A stretch of 63,739 nucleotides of DNA, the filler included, from Platydemus manokwari (lineage: Eukaryota), in assembly GCA_037951405.1 (NCBI GenBank). It is 5 parts of 5 records of this genome, joined end to end, with 100 filler letters (N's around TTAATTAATTAA, not from the genome) between each part and the next. Parts side by side here need not be neighbours in the genome. Positions count along the whole stretch, not along the records: positions 11,781 to 20,668 come from JBBMOY011334428.1; 4 more parts are not named here. The stretch is one strand, 5' to 3'. Position 1 is the first letter of the stretch. Every line of letters begins with the position of its first letter. The notes under the pieces are model-generated. The model saw only the letters and a list, made by a program, of their open reading frames with translations, ran no database searches and was not told the origin of the DNA. This document shows positions 11,922 through 20,768 of the stretch, piece by piece. The position numbers and the translations under genes were made by a program.

Positions 11922-14333
11922 ATGCAATTACAACGCACGATGCATCATTACGAGACTCGCTTCGCAGGCCGGAAAGTGCCGTTCTCTGCACAAATGTTGC
12001 CCTACACAACATCCCGAAAAAATAGTTCTCTCAGGGGCAAAAATACGACCTTACCAAGCAAAGTGCCTGCAAGTAAGAGAACTACACCCTATCACTCACA
12101 AGATTCTAATGCTCAAAAGACAGGAGACTTGTTAACAGCTGCCAGTAACCTCGTCAAAGAATGTGTCTCACCTTCCGAAGCAACGTCAGTAAAGACCATG
12201 CAACCAATATCGCCGGATGAGGGAAAACATATCTGCCAAACCTCCAGCAATCATTTGAAGGTTCGAAGCAGTAAAGTCTCAGCCGCAGCTCCACAACAGC
12301 CTGCTGCGCCTCATCTGAACAAGCAAAACAGTGCGCAAGCTCCCCAGCTCTGCGTCAACAACAACGCTCCGAACTGTCCGCCAGCGACGGGGACACAAAC
12401 ACCATCCTCATCAGTGGTACAAGACAGAATAGTTGTTATTAATAAGGACATTTCAAGCGTGGTAGACTCTCCTCATTCTCCAGATTATATGTTCGATAAC
12501 ATTCGCGCACAAACCGATACTGGCAGTAAATTACCCCAGGACGTAAGCTGCGAGAACAAAATAAAATTTCCAGTACAGAGCAATAGAAAAAACACTGTTT
12601 CTTCTTTTAATGGTTACTTGCACCCGCTTCAAATAACAAGCTCTCAAAAAATTCATGAAATTATTCACAATTTGTCTCTAACAGCAGCGTTTTTCAATAA
12701 ATCCCTAAGACAACGTGAGCCTCCTAGCCCGTCGTCGATTTTCTCTACAGTATCAAACATTCAGAACCTAACCGAGCAACTTTTTGCTTTAAATTCACAT
12801 ATAAGTTCTCAAGACCTTGCACCTGTGGTACCTGCTAGTATCTCTTGTGAAGTCGACTCCAATTGTCGAGAACCTTACGATACTTTGCTGCTAGGTGACA
12901 ATATCCTAAGCACGATCAGAAGAAAGGACATCGATCGCTCGTGCTGGATCAAAACAGTTCCATCTGGGCGCTTCGATGACCTTCTCCATACTATAAACTG
13001 CATGCCTAGATTTAAAAATTATATACTAAGTTTTGATGGTCTCTGCCACTCGCCCTCAGACCTTTCTCGAATCAAACAACAAATTGTAAGGAAGTACGCA
13101 CTTTCTCGTATTTATATTGCCAATGCTTGCAGTGCGAAAGAATTCAACAAAGCGATGAATTTTTGCAAAAACCTGGGTTTAAACTTGATTCAATTTCAAA
13201 CTTACCCAGATAATGAAAATGGTGACGCACTCAATAACTTTCAATGGCCTCGGACCCAGGAAGAAAACTTTTGTTTTCTTGGACAACTTGCAATGAAATC
13301 AACATTGCGAATCACCGTGCCATACTGTCCTCGTTTCAACAAATGTCAAGCAATAAATGGAATTGTAGATCATTCCAATGAATCGAAAACTTCACGGAAT
13401 GAGACAAACAGTCTCACTTTAAACTTTGAAAAAGAATATAAGCCTATGCACATCACTGCACATGGTACACCAAATCCTTCAAAATTGATTGCGTCATCAA
13501 GCAGAGCTCTGAGTAACTCACTCACCCACAGCATGAGGAACGTGAATAAGCCTGAGCCTTTCCCTGACTCGATCTCAGACAAATATAATGTCAGTACGAA
13601 AAATAAATTTGGGTTACTTGCAACAGACGCAAATAGTGATTGCGACATGCCCTCCTTTTCAACCAATTCTCAACTTTCCAGTGAGTACGCAGGAACCGAG
13701 GAAAGTCAAGCGAATAACGATATTCAAAACTATTCCAAAGAAAATCAAATTATTCGAAAAAAATCTGATGCCTCTGCCAGGCCTCCATCGAACGACCAAA
13801 CCGATACTGCTACCGCAAAATCAACAGTGAATCAAATTTGCACACGCGTTGCAGACACACTGGACGACCTGAAACGATCGCTCAAAATGGAGCCTGCTTA
13901 CACTTTAGGTGACGGACACTGTCTCCTCCACGCCGTAACGGCGCAGCTGGCTTCACAACAAATATGGAAATGGAATTATACATCTCTGAAAAAAGCCATC
14001 AAAACTGAGAGCTCCAGAAACAGAGATCAGTATGCAAAATTCGTTGACAAGAACAGTGGCAGTTTCGAACAACTCATCGATAAATACATCGATAGAAAAG
14101 TCTTCGATCACGCAGTTGGAGACCTCATACCCCAAATACTTTCTAATGTGACGAGAACACCAATTCACGTATTTGATGAAAGAGACAATGGGATTTGGAA
14201 GACGATAATCTCCCCTATATCAAATGCTCTGATAAACTGTCCTCCGGTAAGCATACACCGGAAACAGGACCACTATAGCGCCCTCTTGAAAATGCGTGAT
14301 GAAAATCGTGCTGCTCCCGCCCCCATTTTGTGA
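11922..14333 (+). CDS. LINE ORF1 protein: low-complexity N-terminus, degenerate SGNH-esterase-like domain, C-terminal OTU cysteine protease domain
   Basis: 803 aa from the first in-frame ATG. TLLLGDNILS...WIKTVPSGRFDDL (GDS-type block, Ser replaced by Asn); VSTKNKFGLL (T.NRF..L-type ORF1 motif); TLGDGHCLLHAV (D664, C667)...VGDLIPQILSN...PIHVF...VSIHRKQDHYSAL (H784), the OTU Cys and His boxes. Confidence 0.88.
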   Translation: MQLQRTMHHYETRFAGRKVPFSAQMLPYTTSRKNSSLRGKNTTLPSKVPASKRTTPYHSQDSNAQKTGDLLTAASNLVKECVSPSEATSVKTMQPISPDEGKHICQTSSNHLKVRSSKVSAAAPQQPAAPHLNKQNSAQAPQLCVNNNAPNCPPATGTQTPSSSVVQDRIVVINKDISSVVDSPHSPDYMFDNIRAQTDTGSKLPQDVSCENKIKFPVQSNRKNTVSSFNGYLHPLQITSSQKIHEIIHNLSLTAAFFNKSLRQREPPSPSSIFSTVSNIQNLTEQLFALNSHISSQDLAPVVPASISCEVDSNCREPYDTLLLGDNILSTIRRKDIDRSCWIKTVPSGRFDDLLHTINCMPRFKNYILSFDGLCHSPSDLSRIKQQIVRKYALSRIYIANACSAKEFNKAMNFCKNLGLNLIQFQTYPDNENGDALNNFQWPRTQEENFCFLGQLAMKSTLRITVPYCPRFNKCQAINGIVDHSNESKTSRNETNSLTLNFEKEYKPMHITAHGTPNPSKLIASSSRALSNSLTHSMRNVNKPEPFPDSISDKYNVSTKNKFGLLATDANSDCDMPSFSTNSQLSSEYAGTEESQANNDIQNYSKENQIIRKKSDASARPPSNDQTDTATAKSTVNQICTRVADTLDDLKRSLKMEPAYTLGDGHCLLHAVTAQLASQQIWKWNYTSLKKAIKTESSRNRDQYAKFVDKNSGSFEQLIDKYIDRKVFDHAVGDLIPQILSNVTRTPIHVFDERDNGIWKTIISPISNALINCPPVSIHRKQDHYSALLKMRDENRAAPAPIL

Positions 14334-17297
14334 CTAAATAACAGTGATCAAATTGAATTTGAAGCTGAAATCACAAACAATGAACGCGGCAATAAAGACC
14401 TAGAGACGAATACTAAATGCCCTGCTAGACCTAAAAAATGCAATAACTCCACTAAAGATCTGCCTATTGAGATAAATAATATCAAAATATTGCACATAAA
14501 TGCTCGCAGTCTCAATGGTAAAATGGATGACGTACGAGTAATGTTGATCACTAACGATATCGATATTCTATGCGTATCTGAAACATGGTTCGATTCACGA
14601 GTCGAAAGCTCATATCTCAGCATTACCGGGTACACATTGTACCGTTATGACGGAGTCAAGAGTAAGAGAGGTAGCGGTTCATGCATTTTCATCAAAGATG
14701 TCTACTCTACATCCTTATTTCCGATAAAAGAAAAATGCGAAGACATAGAAATGGTTTGGCTCAATGTTCAAGTAAACAAACACAAGTCTTTCATTATCGG
14801 CAGTCTTTACAGACATCCGTCAGCATCTCTACGTCCAACATTAAATTTCATTGAAAATACGCTTAAATTAATCTCTGCAGCCAAAAAGTCTTTCTATGTT
14901 TTCGGAGATTTTAACGTAGATCTGACAAATAAAAACAATCAGCTAAGCAAGATGCTGCACAGACTTAATCTTTCTCAAATGGTCCAAGAACCAACGCGAA
15001 TTACCAACACTTCCAAAACTCTTCTTGACCTAGCAATTACAAACAATCCCCAAGCAGTACTCAGCACAGAGATCTTACCGTCCTTTTCTGATCACCATTC
15101 GGTAGAATGCCAAATCAATATCGCAAAAGAGAAACAGAAATCTAGTTACATTACATATCGCATGAAAAACCACTACTCCCCTGAAATATTTCAAGAAAAG
15201 CTATTAGACAGATGGAGTGAATTTCAAGGCATGGAAAACACCGATGATGTCAATCTACAAGTTTCGCTTTTCAACGAAAATTTCGTATCAGCTCTTAACG
15301 AATGCGCACCTTTCACTACGAAGAAAGTTAAGCCAAGAATTTCTAAATGGATAACAGATGAGATAAAACAGTTGAGCAGAGCTAAAAGAAATTTGCAACG
15401 TGAGTACAAACTGAATAAATCAGACAGTACGCGTCGAAAATTATATAAAGATCATGAGAAGATCCTACGAAGAAAAGTTAAGGAAGCAAAACGGGACTAC
15501 TTCCACAAAGAACTCTCGGCGGCAAAACAAAACCCAAAAAGAACTTGGGAAATCATTAGAGAAGTTGCTCAGTATAAAAATTCAGACAGCAAAAGCACTT
15601 TTGACAACCCCTCAAAAATGGCGAATGACTTTAACACTTTCTTCTCAAAAGTTGGCGAAGATGTTTTCAATGAAGTATCCAGGACAGTTTCAGACACATC
15701 TACAGGGGCAAATCTGAGCGATGTTTCATCCCCAAATAGTATAAACAAATGGAGACCAAAGCCGGTTAGCGTCATAGAGATACGAAAAATCTTATTCTCA
15801 CTGAAGAATACTAAAGCGACTGGACATGATGGCATAAGTCTCCAACATATAAAAGACAGCTTCCCTGTCACAGCACCCCTCATTCGCTTGATAATAAATA
15901 CATCTATAGCCACAAACAAGTTTCCCGATCAATGGAAACTATCCATTATTAAGCCATTACATAAATCTGGTGATATCGACATAGCGTCAAACTACAGACC
16001 AATCAGTCTCCTGCCTGTTATGTCCAAAATATTAGAAAAAGTAATAACAAAACAGCTCTCGTTTTACATAGACGAGTCACATCTACTGCATCGCAATCAA
16101 TATGCTTACAGAAGGAATACCAGTACTCAGGACGCCCTGTTAAACATAACAGAAAAAATTTACAATGATATTGACCAAAAAAAATTAACTCTCTTACTAT
16201 TGCTTGATCTCTCCAAAGCTTTCGACAGTGTTGAGCATAAGAAACTTCTACAAAAAATTTCAAACCTCAGAATAGACACTCAGTGGTTTGAAAGCTACCT
16301 ACTAAACCGCTCTCATGCAGTGTGCTTGAATAACAAAATGTCATCATTCATAAAAAATAATTTTGGCGTTCCTCAAGGTTCAATCATCGGCCCGCTCCTA
16401 TTTTCAATTTTCATCAATGATTTCCCCACCATGCCGGCAAACACAAAAATCTCTATGTATGCTGATGACGTACAAATTGCCATGACAAGCTCAACAGCGG
16501 ATTTAAAAGAAACACAAGCCAACGCTGAAAACCTTCTGAGAAATCTGAAATTGTGGTATGACCATAATGGCCTCAAACTTAACGCAAGTAAAACGCAATG
16601 CATTATTTTTGGATCACAGAATGCGACTGAAAATTTACCACCATTCAAGCTAACATTTGGAGACGATACAATTGAACCAGTAGATAAGGTAAAAAATCTG
16701 GGTGTTTGGTTTGACAAAAATATGACTTTCAATTCACACGTCGAAACAATGTGCAACAAAATTAACGGAACCTTAATGTTCTTTCATCGCATTAAGAACA
16801 CACTTGACGAAAAATCTAGATTATTAGTGATTCAGTCTTTAGTTTTATCGCGTCTGGACTACTGCAGTCTTGTGTGGGGAGATTTACCTCAATGTCGTCA
16901 GGAAGAGTTGCAAAAATGTATAAACTTCGCCGCCAAAGTGGTATGCAAAGGAAATTTCAATAAATACGATCATGTCACCCCTCTTTTAAGAAAACTCGAC
17001 TGGATCCCAATACCGAACAGATTCATGATCCAAAAAGCTCGACGAGTATTCTCCTCTCTGTACCTCCCCCAAAGTAATGCAGAGGTGGTAAAATTTTTTC
17101 CATCTAATATCCCAAACAAAAAACCAAATCGGAGGAATGATGTTTTAGTCAGTTACCGTTCATCTAACGTGGGACAAAAAGCTCTCTCAGTTTCTGGAGC
17201 TTTTTTGTGGAACAAGCTTCCTCAGTATATCAAAAACTCTAAAACTGTAAAAGAATTTAGAGTAAATGTGTCACGTCATTTTGCATCTCTGTCATAG
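14334..17297 (+). CDS. LINE ORF2: AP-endonuclease plus reverse transcriptase (open directly from the ORF1 stop; no upstream AUG)
   Basis: APE motifs ILHINARSL, ILCVSETW, YRHP, GDFN, PTR, LDL, SDHH. RT motifs YRPISLL, DLSKAFD, GVPQGS, YADD, KNLGV. C-terminal DHVTPLLRKLDW and LWNKLP are typical of CR1/L2-group elements. The frame is open for 52 codons upstream of the track's TTG start at 14490. Confidence 0.95.
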   Translation, partial: LNNSDQIEFEAEITNNERGNKDLETNTKCPARPKKCNNSTKDLPIEINNIKILHINARSLNGKMDDVRVMLITNDIDILCVSETWFDSRVESSYLSITGYTLYRYDGVKSKRGSGSCIFIKDVYSTSLFPIKEKCEDIEMVWLNVQVNKHKSFIIGSLYRHPSASLRPTLNFIENTLKLISAAKKSFYVFGDFNVDLTNKNNQLSKMLHRLNLSQMVQEPTRITNTSKTLLDLAITNNPQAVLSTEILPSFSDHHSVECQINIAKEKQKSSYITYRMKNHYSPEIFQEKLLDRWSEFQGMENTDDVNLQVSLFNENFVSALNECAPFTTKKVKPRISKWITDEIKQLSRAKRNLQREYKLNKSDSTRRKLYKDHEKILRRKVKEAKRDYFHKELSAAKQNPKRTWEIIREVAQYKNSDSKSTFDNPSKMANDFNTFFSKVGEDVFNEVSRTVSDTSTGANLSDVSSPNSINKWRPKPVSVIEIRKILFSLKNTKATGHDGISLQHIKDSFPVTAPLIRLIINTSIATNKFPDQWKLSIIKPLHKSGDIDIASNYRPISLLPVMSKILEKVITKQLSFYIDESHLLHRNQYAYRRNTSTQDALLNITEKIYNDIDQKKLTLLLLLDLSKAFDSVEHKKLLQKISNLRIDTQWFESYLLNRSHAVCLNNKMSSFIKNNFGVPQGSIIGPLLFSIFINDFPTMPANTKISMYADDVQIAMTSSTADLKETQANAENLLRNLKLWYDHNGLKLNASKTQCIIFGSQNATENLPPFKLTFGDDTIEPVDKVKNLGVWFDKNMTFNSHVETMCNKINGTLMFFHRIKNTLDEKSRLLVIQSLVLSRLDYCSLVWGDLPQCRQEELQKCINFAAKVVCKGNFNKYDHVTPLLRKLDWIPIPNRFMIQKARRVFSSLYLPQSNAEVVKFFPSNIPNKKPNRRNDVLVSYRSSNVGQKALSVSGAFLWNKLPQYIKNSKTVKEFRVNVSRHFASLS

Positions 17298-17844
17298 GGC
17301 CTGCAGCATTTCGGTGTGAATTTCCCATCTACCAGAAATTTTAACTTTCCTGAAATTTCTATTAGAAAATTAGAAACTATTTCATTTTACGTTTGCTAAG
17401 CCATTCGTATATTCATCTTACTTATTTCTGTCGACAATAATGAGCACCACAGCCGTCAGTTCAATGCAGCAGAACGAACGTTCTTTCCATAATTAGGAGT
17501 ATTTCCTCATCTTTATTTTTAATATTTAACGTCCGTATGACAAATATACCATGAAACACATTTTGTGTGTACACCAATATACAGGTTTATAGATGTGAGG
17601 GTTGTGCAAAGTTTTTAATGAATTAAATTTTGGCTAACGTTGTCTCGCTATTTCAAAATCATTCTCGAAGATGTTTTCAATCGATTTTCGGCTGAGCTGG
17701 GGGGAGGGAGTAATTTAAGCATTTCATTTAGTCTTTTTATATTTTTCCGTGCGTTCAGCGCACACTAGCACTGAACTTTCAAACCGAAAAATCTCTAACT
17801 TTCCGTAATTAAAATTATCACTTTGGACCATTGTTTAATCTACC

Positions 17845-19015
17845 TATTTGTGCCAGATTTTGTAAATATTCGCCACTCAGATGTGATATCCGGCCACAAT
17901 GTTACTCCATTTTATCCCATGTACACATGTCCGTATAATGCTGAGGAGTTGTGTTGTTTCTTGACTGTAACCTGAGTTTTCTTAAAAATTTCTATGAAGA
18001 AATTAAAAACCAGTTCATTTTTACGTTTTTCGAAGTCTTCTTTTCCTTTTAGTTATTTTTTTCCGAATAATTTCTTAGGATTACAGTGAGCTCAACTGTC
18101 ATTTTCGGTGTAGTAGATGGTAGGTTGTTTTTATCTTTTTATTTTATATATGTATTTTTTTTTTTTTTTTTCATTAAATTTCATTTTCAATAAGTATATA
18201 TATTAATATGTGTGTGTACGTGTGTAGGTATATATATATCTACATAAATAGATATACATGTTTCTATTTCATTTCTTTACGCAAAAACCATCCGGTTAAT
18301 AAATTTTATTGCACTAGCGAAATGATTCAAAAATAGATCTATCACTTCCCCAGAGGGCGTTTCTGTGAATCGGATTAATGACAAATACAATTAATGAAGT
18401 AAAGCGCAATTTGAGCATATGAATCGTGGTAAAATTATCTTTCTGTCCGTATGTTGTACAAGCTATGAATTTTGATGTTGAGTATATGTTTGTTTACGCA
18501 TTTCTGCCAAAATTTTGTAGATATTTGTCAATCATGAGTGGTAACCGGCTTACACTGTATCTCCATTTTATCCCATGTACCCATGTCCGCATGATGTTGC
18601 AGAGAATATCGAGAAGATATGAAATATGTTTTTTTGTTGTTGTTGTTCCTCGGCGGTAACTTGAGTTTTCTTAAAATTTCTTTTAGGAAATTAAAAAACC
18701 ATTCCATTTATACGTTTTTCGAAGTCCTTTTTCTATTCCTTATCTTTCATCTGGTTATTTCTTCCGATACATCAGAACTTTGGCTGTCATTTTAAATATA
18801 GAAAGAGCAAGATTATTTTTCATGTTTATTAGCATTTTTCTTATATTCATTTTCAATACGTATATATATGAATATGTGTGTTGGTGTGTGCATGAGTGTG
18901 TGTGTGCGCACGCAAACATAAATGTCTATGTATCAGTGTACACATGCACACGTTCGCACATATATATGCGCACATGTACATATATATGTTTCTATTTCTA
19001 CTTTTTGCGTAAAAG
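17845..19015. repeat. Diverged direct repeat pair (about 17845-18290 and 18500-19015)
   Basis: Shared blocks in the same order: CTCCATTTTATCCCATGTAC.CATGTCCG, TGAGTTTTCTTAAAA, TACGTTTTTCGAAGTC, TTCATTTTCAATA, TGTTTCTATTTC. A partial third start is seen near 19120-19150. Confidence 0.8.
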
Positions 19016-19469
19016 GTAAAACCTCAAGGCACATTACATGTTACCCAAAGCTCTGCAATAAAACGCTCGTGTAAAAATTATCTCTATATTTGTATGCCGA
19101 ACAAGCCATGCATTTCATTTTTGAGTGTAAGTTTGTTTATGCATTTCTAGATGTGCGTGCTGTGTTGCTCGATGTTCTTTATAAATTACTTCGTGACTAA
19201 CCTTTTCTCAATACTTGATTGTCATTTACGATGGTGTTTCAATCTGCTCCGGTGTAGCGTTTTTTGTATTTTTCCTACTTCGATAATCTTATAAATAATT
19301 CGAATACAACTAAAGAATTCTTCGAAACTCCCAAGTTCTTGGTTGAAATTGTCGAAGTGGGAAAAAGGCAAGGGACGCTATACCGGAATCTCTTGGAATA
19401 TAAAATATCCAAGAGATGACATTTTTCAGTTCTCATTCAATTACCCTTGACTGAGTTAGACTACGTATA

Positions 19470-19892
19470 TTAGCACGCCACGTATGGTTTGTCTATTAGT
19501 ACGCCTCGTATATTTTTGTCTATTAATATGCCTCGTCTGGTCTATCTATTTGTACACCTCTGATAGTTTGTCTATTAGTACACCTCGTATAATTTGCCTA
19601 TTATTATGCCTCGTATGGCTTATCTATTTGTGCACCTCGAATGGTTTGTCAATTAGTACTCCTTGTATGGAACTTTTGTTAGACTATTAGCACACCACGT
19701 ATGGTTTGTCTATTAGGACGCCTCGTATATTTTGTCTATTAATATGCCTCGTATGGCCTACCTATTTGTACACCTCTGATAGTTTGTCTATTAGTACACC
19801 TCGTATAGTTTGTCTATTATTATGCCTCGTATGGCTTATCTATTTGTACGGATGGTTTGTCAATTAGTACTCCTCGTATGGAACTTTTGTTT
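19470..19892. repeat. Minisatellite of about 26-bp monomers arranged as two 8-monomer higher-order units (period 217 bp)
   Basis: Monomer consensus about TTAGTACACCTCGTATGGTTTGTCTA. The order of monomer variants starting at 19470 recurs starting at 19687. Confidence 0.9.
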
Positions 19893-20204
19893 TAGGACGT
19901 CCTATATTAAGAAACTTTTAAAAGCCAATATGTTGGCATGTATCTCATGTGGCAACTTGGAAATAAATGTTTTTTCTTTTCTTTTTTCTTTCTTTCCGAG
20001 GACCGAGCGGGCAGAAGATGAGAGGCTGAGGCGCCTTCCTTGCTGCTGACCTGCACCACTCACCGTCCACTCGCCTGACTGCGCTTCCTGGCTTCCTGAG
20101 GCTCACGAGTACTTGTGGAGGTTCGTAAACTATAAGTTTAGGACCAAATACTTGCCATGCCGTGAGCTGGGTACTTTGGACGACGTTTCCCCATGAATTC
20201 CTAA

Positions 20205-20277
20205 ACTTATAACTTGCCTTATAACATAATCTTATAACTTGCCTTGTAACATGATCTTATAACTTGCCTTGTAACTT
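20205..20277. repeat. 25-bp tandem repeat, nearly three copies
   Basis: CTTATAACTTGCCTT(A/G)TAACAT(A/G)AT repeated. Confidence 0.85.
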
Positions 20278-20668
20278 CTATTTATAAGTATCAAATGCAC
20301 TGGCTAGGGAAATTATTATTTCCTTCCTGTAGCCTTCAACTATCATAGTTTTCAACCATCAGCTCTATTTCCTCTGTTCACAGATTATTAGTACTTGATT
20401 TTATTATCAACTCCTGATGCAACACTTTTTCTTTTACCTTTACCTTCCCAGACTTTTCCTTCAATTTCTTTTTTACTTTTGGCTTCTATTTTTTTCCTAG
20501 ACTTTTCTTTCAAAGTTAGTGCTCACTGATCTTGACTTTCATTTCCTAAGGAACTTTATTTCAGCATTAGTCTGTCTCTGTTGTTCTCGTCCTTAATTTC
20601 CCAGGGATTGTTCCTTTGGTTTTCGTTCCACAACTTTTTGTCTTCTATTTGTCCTGAATTTTCCCTAG

Positions 20669-20768
20669 NNNNNNNNNNNNNNNNNNNNNNNNNNNNNNNN
20701 NNNNNNNNNNNNTTAATTAATTAANNNNNNNNNNNNNNNNNNNNNNNNNNNNNNNNNNNNNNNNNNNN
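20669..20768. other. Artificial contig spacer
   Basis: 44 N + TTAATTAATTAA + 44 N. Confidence 0.98.

Larger units (their letters stand above)
11781..17297 (+). mobile_element. Apparently intact CR1/L2-group (possibly Crack/Daphne-like) LINE with OTU-containing ORF1
   Basis: Uninterrupted 803-aa ORF1 followed in frame by an uninterrupted APE-endonuclease plus RT ORF2. The 5' end abuts the contig start; the 3' boundary after the ORF2 stop is not defined (no clear tail or target-site duplication). Clade within the group is tentative. Confidence 0.92.

Noticed and set aside
14490-14492. TTG start of ORF2 given by the ORF track
   Set aside because: A product of bacterial-style start calling; it falls inside endonuclease motif I and the frame is open back to 14334.
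13370-16759. Several antisense and alternate-frame ORFs inside the LINE
   Set aside because: Short shadows of a long coding region with no recognisable motifs.
19470-19892. CRISPR-like regularly spaced repeats
   Set aside because: Units are contiguous diverged monomers without unique spacers, there are no cas genes, and the DNA is eukaryotic.
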